Origin: Octopus sinensis | Taxonomy: Eukaryota | Direction of reading: 5' to 3' | Assembly (NCBI RefSeq): GCF_006345805.1 | Contig: NW_021832276.1 | Coordinates: 11,797-75,796, forward strand | DNA: 64,000 nucleotides | In this document: one piece after another, positions 27,595 to 40,681 of the stretch | Layout of the letters: each line of letters opens with the position of its first letter | Numbering within the stretch: the first letter of the stretch is position 1 | Translations under genes and position numbers: made by a program | Notes under the pieces: model-generated | What the model was told of the DNA's origin: nothing | The model's input: the letters and a program-made list of their open reading frames with translations, nothing else | Databases searched by the model: none

Positions 27595-27795
27595 TACAGG
27601 TAACAATTAACAATTAGGACTTCTCAAAAGTATATACTTAGTGTCTCATGAATCGGCCGATATTTGTGATTACTTTACTGAGTACGTTTTTGTCGTTATA
27701 CATTGTCTGTAGACTGTAGCACTATCACCGACTCTACATTGATGCTTTCGCTATTTAAATACCTGATTCCTTCGAATCCTGGAAATATACATATA

Positions 27796-28420
27796 CAGGA
27801 GGGGCTGTGTGGTAAGTAGCCTGCTTACCAACCACATGGTTCCGGGTTCAGTCCCACTGCGTGGCACCTTGGGCAGGTGTCTTCTACTATAGCCTCGGGC
27901 CGACCAAAGCCTTGTGATTGGGTTTGGTAGACGGAAACTAAAAAACGTCCGGTGTATATCTGCATATGTGTGTGTGTGGTGTGTTTGTGTCTGTGTTTGC
28001 TTGACAACCGATACTGGTGTGTTTATGTCCCCGTAACTTAGCGGTTCGACAAAAGAGACCAATAAAACAAATACTAGGCTTACAACGAAACTGAAAGAAC
28101 CCGTCGTATGTATATATATATATATATAACGGGAAGCTTTATGAAAATAGACAAAAGACGAAGGCAGGTGGAAAACAAAGGAACAATTGTATTAGTATGT
28201 GTGTGTATATGTTTGTGTGTGTGTTCCCAACATCGCTTGACAACCGATGCTGGTGTGTTTACGTCCCCGTAACTTAGCGGTTCGACAAAAGAGACCGATA
28301 AAATAAGTACTGAGGTTACAAATAGTAAGTCCTGGGGTCGATTTGATCGACAAAAGGCGTTGATCCAGCATGGCCGCAGTTAAAATGACTGAAACAAGTA
28401 AAAGAGTAAAGAGTAAAAGA
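27796..28420 (+). mobile_element. SINE family B (CORE-like) with internally duplicated 3' half and a nested insert at 28128-28198
   Basis: GGCTGTGTGGTAAG head, GGTTCAGTCCC, GGCACCTTGGGCAGGTGTCTTC CORE-like block; GCTTGACAACCGAT...CCCCGTAACTTAGCGGTTCGACAAAAGAGACC occurs twice; (GTAAAAGA)n-like tail. Confidence 0.9.
28128..28198 (-). mobile_element. 3' tail fragment of the hammerhead-bearing family seen at 40200-40446
   Basis: TAACGGGAAG...AAGACGAAG...CAATTGTATTAGTATG is the reverse complement of 40377-40446. Confidence 0.8.
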
Positions 28421-28451
<31 letters not shown>

Positions 28452-28464
28452 AGTGTGTGTATAA

Positions 28465-29322
28465 CTAGCAGACGTACCCGGTAATTCCCGGGCTAGCGGA
28501 GCTTATCCCTTCCTTCCGTTCTCATAATTGTTTCGCTAATAAAATAGCAACAATGCAAAGGTATGTAGCCCTTAAAACGGTTTTTTGCATTTACAGAGAA
28601 TACCGAACTGCATTACACAGGATCTTGTTTTTAGGAATTCCCAGTAAGTTATGAATACCAAAAACTGTGAAATCAGTTATGTAAGTATATGAAATTAATT
28701 ACCTGATAGTAAGAATTCAAATAAAGTAGCCCCAAAATAGGCTTTAATGCGTGCCCAGAGTAAATAGAACATAGGAGGAAATACTAATAAGGGACGTGTA
28801 CTAAAATCGTGAAGCATGTTACGTAATAACAGGCTAATCATATATGAGATAATAACAATTCAAAATAAACAACTCTGAAAATGGCTTTTGTGCGTTCCCT
28901 GCGAATATTATCCTCAGGGGCACTAGTGTTGGTATATTCAGGAATAAGTCACTAAACGAAATAAGAGGATCTATTGTTTAGTAAAATACTATATACTTAT
29001 TTTAGGATTTACTGGATAAATTGTGAGAATAACTCTAACAGTTCAAATACAAAGAAATAAGCGTACTCAATTTCATTTTTGCCAAATAATATTGAAAATG
29101 AATGGGTTATTTCCCTTGGCTATATATATGGATCCCTTCCAGGGGCCCTATTATCGATTTTTTTCAACAATCTTTGTATGCCATGAGGTTTTCAGATATG
29201 AGTTCTACTCACGTGGCAAGTTTCATCAAAATCGGTAGAATGATGTAGGAGGAGTTAGCTAACAACTCCACAAACTCACCCACAGACAGATTTCCCGCAT
29301 ATATAGTAAATAATATTAATGA
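28465..29322 (-). mobile_element. non-autonomous Helitron, both termini apparently present
   Basis: Minus strand 3' end: hairpin CCCGG-GAATTA-CCGGG, 8 nt, CTAG then T; 5' end A then TCATTAATATTATTTACTATATATGCGGGAAATCTGTCTG; no TSD, A/T insertion site; diverged internal subrepeats. Confidence 0.75.
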
Positions 29323-29386
29323 TAATAAATACATATATATATATATATGAATAAATAAATGGAGTTTAACGCAGGTAAAAATACAT

Positions 29387-29422
<36 letters not shown>

Positions 29423-29427
29423 TATAA

Positions 29428-29468
<41 letters not shown>

Positions 29469-29634
29469 ATATATTTAAATTTTTATAAATCTATATGGCG
29501 GACGTAAAGAATGTGGACCGCACTGAACCGCATCCCCTTTTCGAGTATACGGAGATTCTGATTCTGCCAAAAACAAAAAAAAAAAAACGTTATTTCAAAT
29601 TTTTAATTTTCACCCTGCCCCATAATAGTTAGTT

Positions 29635-29660
29635 TTAGGGTTAGTGTTAGGGTTAGGGGG
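29635..29660 (+). repeat. short degenerate TTAGGG telomere-like tract
   Basis: TTAGGG TTAGTG TTAGGG TTAGGG GG. Confidence 0.6.
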
Positions 29661-30844
29661 TATTATATATTTTTTAATTAAAACTTTACAAATTATGGCA
29701 CCTTGCTTCTTCTTAGAATCTATAATTTGCACGCAATGAAATAATAAAAGGAAGCACTAGTACAGACGAAGGGTAACTTGAAAGACCTATGTAGTTAATA
29801 ACAAATTATGTACATTTTTGCATTACTTTCGGTAGTTCTCTCGTATGACAGAGAGCCAGTGACACAGTATCACAAGGTAACTAGGATAGCAAACAATTAA
29901 GAAAGTAATGATAGAGAAAATGAAGAAAGAATACATATAAAGAAATTTAAATTTAAGTATCACAATTATTCAAACTGTTCCCCTTAAGCAATACCATTTG
30001 AACCAGTATTTATGCATCCATTTGTAAAAGAAGATTCGCTTGTATTTTTAATGCAAGTGTTTATCTCAATTCATAATTTTTAAAATGGAATATTGAAAGT
30101 TTTCGAAATTCAAACAAAAAAAAGTAAAAAAAGTAATTAATGTAAATAAGCCCATCTTAATTTAAAATTCCTATGAAGTGTTGAAATATAACCGCGTCCT
30201 ACAGAGTTGTCGATTGGAAATCGATACTTGTTTGCTCTAAATCTACGTAAAGGAGAGAGAGATTTAGTTCACACCAAGCAAAACATTTCGTTCATGTTGC
30301 CACGCTGTGTTTATCAGAGAATTATGTTCTGAAGAAAGTACTGTCATAACGAGAATGAAAATGAAATGCAAATTTAAATCAAAAAAGAAAAACAGAGAAG
30401 GAAATATTTAATCCAGCCTTGGAAGCGTTCAATCTTAATCCGGTTGTGAATGAAAACAGATTGTATCAAACACTTTTCTCTTTATCTAACCTATTTCATA
30501 GAAAATTTCTTTGTTTATTTCAAATATTACTGGATTAAATTTTAGATTAAATTTATTTTTATCTGCAATTTATTATTTCCATATTACAAAAGTAACGCTT
30601 GTATTCGGGTCAGGGTTTCGATATAGCATGTATTTCCCCAAAGGAAAACTGTTAATGTAGCAGCAGCTTGTTGGTATTTCTAGTAACACTGACCTTGAGA
30701 AATTAATCACTGAATGCCTGAAATATTTAATAATCAAACATTCTTATGTTATCTATTTAACTGTGATATTAAATAACATTTTCATTCTTTTATCACTTCC
30801 TCCACCAAAAACGTGCATGTGATTGATAATTAGGTAATATTTCT

Positions 30845-31215
30845 CTTTCTCTTTTTCTCTTTTAGTTGTTTCAGTTATTTTACTGCGACCATGCTGGAGC
30901 ACCGCTTTTAGTTGAGCAAATAGACCCCAGGACTTATTGTTTGGAAGCCTAGTACTTATTCTATCGGCCTCTTATGCCGAGCCGCTAAGTTCCGGGGACG
31001 TAAACACACCAGCATTGGTTGTCAAGCGATGTTGTGGGGACAGACACAGACTCACAAACATATACACACATACATATATACGATGGGCTTCTTTCAGTTT
31101 CCGTCTACCAAATCCGCTCACAAGGCTTTGTAGAAGACACTTGCCATGCAGTGGGAATGAACCCGGAACCATGTGGTTGGTAAGCAAGCTACTTAACACA
31201 CAGCCACTCCTGCAG
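30845..31215 (-). mobile_element. SINE family B, near full length
   Basis: Reverse complement of family B head (CACAGCCACTCCTGC), body (CTTTCAGTTTCCGTCTACCAAATCC) and tail (CCATGCTGGAGCACCGC). Confidence 0.9.
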
Positions 31216-31344
31216 CTATGCATATTTTCTTGTACGAATCTTTTCAAGAAACAACATATATTTGAACACGTTTTTCACGTGGTCACCAAAGTTTCTTTTT
31301 TAACTTACTATTTTTATCGCCTTATTGTTAAATAAAGATTCAAA

Positions 31345-31515
31345 CCAACTAACATGCGCTCGGCCTGTTAAGAATGATAGCCAAAACACCCTCATACCAA
31401 TCCCTAAGTTTTAAAAAGACACGCGGTAATATAATCTGAAATCATATAAAAATCCTGGAAAGAAGGCGAAGATGCCTTTGATCACACATATTGAATTAGA
31501 GTGGCGACCGAGCGC
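31345..31515 (+). repeat. old unclassified interspersed repeat (related relics at ~43470-43625 and ~46240-46420)
   Basis: Shared pattern TAGCCAAA..CCCTCA...CCTA...TTAAAAAG...GATGCCTTTGATCA...; loose similarity only. Confidence 0.4.
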
Positions 31516-31765
31516 ATATTAGTTCATATTGAGTTAGAGTGACGACCTGTATATCTGCCTTAGATCTGGATTGAAGTAATTGCTGGTGTATTCCTGATCG
31601 TCACGTGAGATTACTATGTTAATAATAAACTATTTAACTGCAGTTTCATTCATTTAGTTATGATAATGCAGATGGTGACAAATCTGTCACTGAGGAGTGA
31701 GAAAGGTGTATATATATACATATATATATATATATAATAATATATATATATATATTATATATTAT

Positions 31766-31813
<48 letters not shown>

Positions 31814-32295
31814 TAGATAGATAGATAGATGATAGATAGATAGATAGATATATATATAGATTATATATATATGTGTGTGTGTGTGTATGTATGAATATAT
31901 ATATATATGTGTGCATACGTGTATATGAGTGTATACGTATTTGTGTATGTATGTGCGTGTGTCGGTGCATATACATATATGTTTATATCAGCGTTTGCAT
32001 AAGAATATTTAAAATTATCGATTACTAGTTCTATGAATGTAAATCATGTTTTCACATAGAGGGGTTACGGTCATTGAACTCGCGGTCAATGACTCATTAT
32101 CATATAAGTTATTATCACGTGAGCTGCATTTGATAGCAGAAGAGGATGCCGGAGAAAATGTTCTCTTACTATTTAATTTGTATTAACCTATAATGTATCG
32201 GTGCGTGTGTTTGTATGTTCATGCACGTCTACTTGTATGATTTTATGAGTAGAACACACATGCGTGCACGCACACACGCACACACGCACACACGC

Positions 32296-32335
<40 letters not shown>

Positions 32336-32347
32336 GCACACACATAT

Positions 32348-32504
32348 AGGCGCTGGCGTGGTAATGTGGTATGAAGCGTGCTCTCAAGCAACATGAGTTG
32401 GGATTCCGTGCATGGAATCTGGGGCAAGTGTGATCAACATAGCCTGGGGACGACAAATGCCATGTGAATGGATTTGGTTGACGGAAACTGAAAGACGTCC
32501 GTCG

Positions 32505-32544
<40 letters not shown>

Positions 32545-32752
32545 ATTTATCTATTTATGTGTGTATATTGGATGTGCGCGTGCCTATGTTTGTTCCCCAC
32601 CACTGCTTGACAACCGTAGCTGTTCGGCAAAAGAGCGCTGACAGAATAAATACTGGGCTTTAAAATAAGTCCTGGTGCCGATCTGTTCGACTAAAACCCT
32701 TCAAGTCGGTTCTACACCATGGCCGCAGTCAAATGAATGAAAGATGCTGAAA
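32348..32752 (+). mobile_element. SINE family B, diverged
   Basis: GGCGTGGTAATGTGGT head, GGGCAAGTGT, GGATTTGGTTGACGGAAACTGAAAGA, tail CATGGCCGCAGTCAAATGA. Confidence 0.85.
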
Positions 32753-32948
32753 GATATATATATTTGCACACACATTTGCACACGTATGTACATCCATACC
32801 AACACACCTTTTAAATTCAAATCTAAAAGAGGTCATCTTTAATATTGATACTGCATTAGTCAATAGAATAAACGCTACTATTGTATTGGTATATCGATTC
32901 ATTTGAGTAAATACTATTTGCCTGTATTTGACAATATTTTATTGCAAT

Positions 32949-33014
<66 letters not shown>

Positions 33015-33015
33015 C

Positions 33016-33105
<90 letters not shown>

Positions 33106-33116
33106 TATATATATAG

Positions 33117-33149
<33 letters not shown>

Positions 33150-36100
33150 ATATACATACGTATTCAGCCCATTGAGTTCAGTTTTAGAGATAAAACTATA
33201 ATTCGGTCGATTTTCATTTCTGAAATCCAACAGGTGTCTTCGCTTTGATTTTATGCATTTTATTATTATCGTAGAAATAAAGGTTCGCTGTTGCCATCGA
33301 GAAAATAGTTACTCTGTGACGATCAGAGATAAAACAGATAGATGCCTAGCTAGAAAGTCTTTTAGCTGTAAAATGTCGGTGAAGAGTCAAAAAGTTATAA
33401 CTTTATTAACAATTATTAATCTTAAATATTTAACATTTTATTGTTTCAAAAACTATGAAAAGCGTATTTGATTTTCAACACGAATTTATGACACGTTAGA
33501 GAATATTATGCATCTGCTACGTCTTTCGGTTTCTCCCCTGTTTTGGCGTTTATGTACTGCATGTAACTCGAAAATACATGCCAAATATTTTCTGCCAAAT
33601 TCTTTAGATTTTCTCTCTGTGTGTTACTGAACAAAAATAAATTTCAAATATGTTTGTAACGGTTAGGCTTAATGTTTATGTAATTTTTACGCATATAAGT
33701 CACTAAGTAGCTTTTCGCAAAAATATAGACTACTGATGTTTAGAATAATATCATCGCTTAGGTTGATATTTATAGGTAAATATTCAAGGTATTCTTTTTT
33801 TCTTAAAGCGAGTTTGATTCTGGATCTGATTGAAGTGACATACCAGTCAAAATATTTGTTATATGTTTACATGAACATATGAGGATACGGTTGCTTTTTA
33901 TTTTATGTAAGGAAGTCCCAAAGAAGGCAAAAAGCCACTTAGTGTAATGAGCTATGAAGAAGAACAAATTAAGATAAAAGGATTGAATTTAATGATCATT
34001 TAAATTAATATAGCATGTTCTATTTTCAAATTTAACACATCAGAGAAACCTTAGCGAATAACTTTCCATAGAGACTGAATAAACTAAGGAACAACAATAT
34101 CATTTTCAAGAATGTGACTTTGAACAGGAAGGTATATACGATACTATTGCTACATTTGTATGTAGTCAGCCATTGCTCATACGGAGCATGATACATTTGT
34201 ATGTGGTAACATCCATGGTATTTCTTGTACAGTTTTGTTGGGATCGTCATATCCAAGAAGCAAATATGTGATGATCTGGTGCATATTTTCAGTAGTATCT
34301 GCTTCAGATAACTTACATCGATGCTGATTTTATAAACGTTATCAACCATAAACTTTCCCATGTGTTATTTTCCAGATCTGATTCCCATTTTGGAGAAACA
34401 ATGTACAATATACGTATATTTGATAATCATGCTAAGGTTTTATACGCTTTCACGTTCTTTACCAATACAACACCATACACAATAAAGATGTGATTTAAGA
34501 CTTGTCAATTACATATATAAATCCAGTTGCCACCTAAAGTAAGTTGTTCCGTATCAATGATACATGTTTACAATGCATTCGCAGACCCTTCATTGTTGAG
34601 CAATTGAAACTGCATACAGATTCATTATGAACCACAACACTCTAAGTCAAGCTCATTAGTCTCTACATTAAAAATGCAGCCCGCTTTCTCATACAAGTCC
34701 CGCTCGTATAGGAACCACCTTTCGTTGACTTACATGTAAATACGCTACAGTTAGAAACTGTTATAGGTTATGAAAAGTTTTCTGAATCAAGCCTCTCCAG
34801 TGAGCCAATACTGACATAAGGCACAAGAAGTCAGATTAGAAATGAATAATATTTTGGACATTTTGAACATTTATTTTTGGCAAGACACAGTTAACTGATA
34901 TCGGGACTAATAGCTAATACAATGCTCAACAATTCCGTAGGTTTGCTACTAAATACAGGAGTAAATTCCTCCTTCGGCGGTATATAAATAGATCAAGATG
35001 ATATCAAATACTGAGATTTATGAATCATGGCCTTGGAAACAGTGCAACACAAACAACAAGATGAGAATCGTCTACTTGACCAACAATGTTGCATTAAAGT
35101 TAATGAAATAATATAACGTAGGAATTTTTCTGAAAGTCGTTTTTGAAGTTACACCTGGTTTTTCATTTAATTGTCATATTTTACAGGAAGAAGACTATTA
35201 TCAAATAATAAAATGGTTTAAAAAGCATTTTCAATGTAGAGTTTTAATTTTTTATTATAATTGTATAGAATATTTTGCTCAATAGATCACTTTTAATGAC
35301 TTTCTTTCTTGAGGCTTTTCTTTTGTAATTTCTACTTTATGCTCATGGAAGAAGCTCTAGAACTGGTGGTTAATTATGCAAATCCGAATACTGTTTATAA
35401 TTGAATAGCAATTATTTTTGTGGCTTTTTACTGCTGGGAGCTGCGCAAATAAAGTTTTAAAAGTTTTGCCTGAGGAAGATCAAAATGCTGGCGACAGAGC
35501 AAGCAATGTTGACCCTTCAAACTAAAAGTTGGCGTTTTATCGACTCAAACAACTGAAAGTATAAGAAAGAATGAAAAATATTAGCAGACATTAGCAAATA
35601 GCTGAATCAAGTCTTGAAGTTATCTCGCAACTAAGACAGTTGGCCTTCTAATTAGGCGCCTCTACAAGTTTTCTGTCTTCAAAGAAGACACTTCTAAATA
35701 GACATTGTGACGGATCAATAACACTTATATTGAACCGAACACCATATTTGCTTCCTCAAGCTCAATGTCATATGAAAACTACTGATTATAATACAAGTAT
35801 TCATTTAATGTTTCTAAAGTATCGCTAGATTGGAATGATAGATATTTTCTTTCATGTCAAAAACCACTAATTAACTTTTATTCTGTGGACCCGGGTTTCC
35901 AGACTTTTCTCTCAGAAGAAGACAACTTGATGCCGAATACACAAAAGATAACTAATATTTAAAGGAAAGATTATATACTTGTAACTGTGAATTAATTCTA
36001 AAAGAGTCAAAATAAACGAATCAATATAATATAACCAGATGCAGCAAATATTCGACAGTTTGTAGAAGACAGGTCGATCCGTGTCCATTGTTAGAACATC

Positions 36101-36165
36101 ATAACTCCCGCAGGCTCTGTTCTAAAGATGTAAATAGATAACACGTGTAAGGACATCTTGACTTA

Positions 36166-36305
36166 AGTGGCGAATTGGCATCATAATTAGACAATCGGAC
36201 AGTAATTTTTCCCGGCATTTCTTCCATATTCTTGAGATCTGATTTCAAATTCGTTGCGGTCAACTTCACTTTTAATTCCTCAGTTGAAGATAAGTGAATA
36301 AGAAG
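36166..36305 (+). mobile_element. SINE family A, highly diverged
   Basis: GTGGCGAATTGGCA head...TTCAAATTCG...GGTCAACTTCACTTTTAATTCC. Confidence 0.55.
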
Positions 36306-36671
36306 TCTACGTCAGTGGAGAAAAGAAATTGAAGTGCATCGAAAAATGATGACCTGGTTTATTTATCATGCTACGTTGCAATGTGAGTTCCAATAGCGCT
36401 ATGGCCATTTTGACAGTAGGGGTTATTTCGTTTAGTGCTTCATCTTGGTCACTGGGTGTCTTCAGCTGCAAGCATTCAGAGCAGATGATAGGTTTAGAGC
36501 TACTTTACTCCATTCAGTCTCTGGGGTCTTAAAAGTATAATTGAGAGAGCTTCCTTGCACATACGCATATACATATAAACATATATATACAAAGAGGTAA
36601 ACATTAATTTCTTAAAATGTTTGTTTCTTAAAATCTTTATATTATATATTATATATATATATATATATATA

Positions 36672-36707
<36 letters not shown>

Positions 36708-37462
36708 TATATATATATATGTCTGTGGTGTTTGAATGTAAACACAAACCACAATGCATATAAAAATGCATACACACACACACACGCACACATATATATA
36801 TAGATTTTATGCACACAAACGCACACTTACACATACGCATAGTGCATTTGTGGTTGTGGAGGGAGATGACTAGAATTATTATGTTGTCACACAAGCAACA
36901 GGGATTTATGACAAAATGTCCCTCAGTACTCATCGTACACACCATTTTTCAATAAGCACAGATTTATCAGCAAATTACTGACATAGAAAAAGAAGGGATT
37001 CGTCATATTTAGAACGCACAATTTTAACACTGCTATCCTGCCAAGTTACGAACCAACAACAATATGAAAAGAAAATATACATTATAAGATTCTTTGCTAT
37101 GTAATCTACATAAGGATTACCTATCAACCGCATTTGATGTTCTCGTTTAGGTATCTAAAATACTTATAATCTAATGATAAATTTTGTGCGAAAAGATACA
37201 AATATAAACACAGAAATATATAGCAGCAGAATGAAAACGAAAGAAAATTTAGCCAAAATAATGTAGTACTTGAGGAAAAAATAACTTGCATACTGTCAGT
37301 GAGTTAACGGATTCAGCTGAAATAGCTTGGCTAATGTTGAGTCTTATATTTGCTAATGACGAAATAATATATACATTTATATATACATATATATATATAT
37401 ATATATACATATATGTATACATATATATACACACACACACATATATTATATATACATATGAT

Positions 37463-37494
<32 letters not shown>

Positions 37495-38444
37495 ATATAC
37501 ATATATAACATATATAAATATATATGTATATACCTGTATACCTATATCTATATGTATCATATGCACATACGTGCACGCGCATATTCAATTAAGCTACTCT
37601 AATATTAAAGTCATATATCTATGTGAGGATGTGAATACGTTAAAATGAATCTAAATGTTTTTGTTTTTTTTAATAATACGATGCCAATAATGTAAAAATA
37701 TACCACTCCAGCTTTGAAGTAACAGCATTAACAAGTACTGAAGCAAACAAAAGCAAAATATAGAGAAAAAAATATGCGGCAACTACGAGTCAAACATAAA
37801 AGTATTTTGTATATCAAAATAAATTATTTAAAACTACCTAGTTCTATTTGCAATTTGCAGAGAATTGACTATAAATTATAAATGAGAGATATAGCCATCT
37901 TCAGGATAATGGCTTAGCAAAGAGAAAATTAAAGCCAGTGATCCTACTTGAAAAGAACATACGTAAGTATGTACACACCCACGTACATACGTATGTATCT
38001 GTGTATTGGAGAAAGCCCAGCTGTGATAAAATAGAAATGTAAACGTATTCCTTTAATTCAGGAAATAATTAAGCGGCCGTTATAGAGAATGAGAGTTACT
38101 ACAATGTGTGAGCCGTTGCAACGCTTCCTTCCACGCAAAAAGTAGCATAGGCTATTTGCAATAATGTATACCAGTCACAAATTATACTATCTTTGTAATG
38201 ACTAGTTTCATTTTCATATTTTACCTCTTGAGGCTTCTACATTATATACAAATAACATACAACACGTATATACATACATACATATATAAACATATGTACA
38301 CACACATATATATATAATATACACACACGAATATATGTATATATATATATATGTGTGTGTGTGTGAGTATGTATACTTTGATACTTTGATAGGTTTCGGC
38401 CATTATTGGCCCAGGCCATGTCCAACTTAATAGCACCACCTGGT

Positions 38445-38500
<56 letters not shown>

Positions 38501-39319
38501 TTCTCTGTGAATTAGAGGTTGAAAACAACTAAGGGATAGTACCTATCCAATATACTTGGTGGTAGTGTACTCAATTATTCATAGACAAGTGATAGTCATT
38601 GCATAGCAATCTCGCAATTGAATATAATATACGGGCGGGGATAAAAAAAAATGTGATTTACGCATGGTTAATACGGCAAATACGAAAACTCTAGTTATAT
38701 TATAATTTATTCGACGACAGTTTGATGTGGCTCCACGCAGTTTAAATTTTCGTTGGCTCAATCATCGAACTCCCTCAGTCCCGGATTCGGGTGTACAGGG
38801 TGGATGATACTGAGCTGCTATTGGGGAATATAATTCACATCCTGTCACTAATAGTGATACTGACATTGAAGCGACAACAGATTCAAACTGAATTCCTAGA
38901 AACACATGTTTGGTCGGGATGTTTGCTGGTGACTGCCTATCTGGGAAGTGGAAGCGACAGCAGATCGTTGTTGCCAGAGCGTGTATTAAACCTACCTGAT
39001 GTGTGGTGTGCGTGTGTGTGTGAATGTGCATGAATGCACGGGTATTTATGTGTGTGTTTATGTTGACAGCATCACAAGGTTAGCATATATATATATGCGT
39101 GTGTGTTGTGTGTGTGTGTGTGTGTGTGTGTGCCTGATATATAAGTGCGTGTGTTCGTGTGCGTATGTATTGCGTGCACGCGCACGTATATATATATCCG
39201 TATAAGTTTGCGTTTGTATCTAGTTTGTGTGCGTGTTTATGTGTAACTGTGGTGTGCGTGCATGTGTACACATACACGGGCACTTCAGACGCACATCCAA
39301 ATTCATTGCCCTCTCTAAT

Positions 39320-39660
39320 GGGAGGATGATGGTAAAAGATATCATCACCATTGTAATCGCACAAATTTGAAAGCATAACCTTATTCCGGTAAAGTCCAAT
39401 TTCGGAGGTTGTTTGTGGTGTTCCACTGCACCTCCTCCGTTTGCACTCCACATTGTTATAGACAATCCATTTATTGTCATCTGTCTCCATTCTCTTCATA
39501 AAAGGATCGGTGGGCAACGTTAGCATCATTCCAGCAGTCAAGCCTGCTTACATAGCTAAGTTGATAAAGATGGTTTTCAACAAGTGATTTGGATATTTGG
39601 AGCATGCTTGTGATCTTCCTGTTGGTGTAACGTTGGTTCGTGCGCAATCTGTCTCGTCCC
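39320..39660 (-). mobile_element. mariner transposase pseudogene fragment
   Basis: NQRYTNRKITSMLQISKSLVENHLYQLSYVSRLDCW / DPFMKRMETDDNKWIVYNNVECKR...TTSEIGLYRNKVMLSNLCDYNG matches the mariner HTH, PFLK.IVTGDEKW..YNN and GLHPKKVML.IWWD..G motifs; the WVPHEL region is deleted. Confidence 0.85.
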
Positions 39661-39785
39661 AAAATAGCACTGTACTACGTTGATGTGTTAAGTATGTAAC
39701 GGGTATGGATGCACCAAGCATTTCAATGTTAGCTACTTATTAGGGTGGTTGAAGTTTAGTGTCAATAAAAACCGGACGAAAATTT

Positions 39786-39824
<39 letters not shown>

Positions 39825-39854
39825 TACAATATATATCTATATATATCTATATAT

Positions 39855-39887
<33 letters not shown>

Positions 39888-40199
39888 TAGAAGAAATGAG
39901 GTACTCAGAAAACTCGTTCTTTTCTAATATAAAATACCTTCCAATATATATATATATATATAACATCACACCACACTACACTACACCATACGACACTACA
40001 CTACACCATAAGACATTAAACTACACTACACTACACCATACTACACTACACCATACGACATTACACATCACATCATACATACATACATACACACGTCCAG
40101 ACCTTTCATACGCACATACATACTCTCATATACACACACGCACCCTTATGTTGGGGCGAGGTCACTTGACCCTGTTATCTCCCCTACTATCCCTCTAGC

Positions 40200-40446
40200 G
40201 TCTAACGTCTGATCTCTGACTTCTGGCTGAAATCAGAACGCCATGTTGAATCGTTAGCTCCTGCACGCATTTTTTTTCTCTCCTTGTTTCTCTCCTTGTT
40301 TCTTTTCTGTGTATCTTTCTGTTGAAGAGCGTAGGCTCGAAACGTAAAAGACTTGTTTTATTTCTATTCTGGGCGCCATACTAATACAATTGCTTGTTTG
40401 TACTCCACTGCTTCGTCTTTCTTTATTTTCGTAAACCTTCCCGTTA
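40200..40446 (+). mobile_element. short Penelope-like/retrozyme-type element ending at (TA)n
   Basis: Contains the hammerhead-like fold at 40314-40351; homologs at 53598-53780 (-), 55790-55972 (-) and a tail at 28128-28198 (-). Confidence 0.65.
40314..40351 (+). ncRNA. minimal hammerhead-like fold with CUGUUGA-A variant core
   Basis: TCTTT CTGTTGA A GAGC-GTAG-GCTC GAAA CG TA AAAGA; 5-bp stem I, 4-bp stem II, palindromic ACGT stem III. Confidence 0.65.
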
Positions 40447-40450
40447 TATA

Positions 40451-40492
<42 letters not shown>

Positions 40493-40522
40493 TAATATAT
40501 AGATATATATATTATATATATT

Positions 40523-40578
<56 letters not shown>

Positions 40579-40681
40579 TATATTATATTATATATATATA
40601 TATTATATATATATATTATATATATTATAATATAGATATATATATATATATTTATACTAATATATATTATATATAATATAT

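Noticed and set aside
33850-35950. Unique-looking region including ORF 34032..34361
   Set aside because: Stops in all frames over longer spans; no identifiable motif
37861-37962. Exon-like segment with TTTGCAG acceptor and GTAAGT donor
   Set aside because: Stops in all three frames; a UTR or lncRNA exon cannot be supported without RNA-seq
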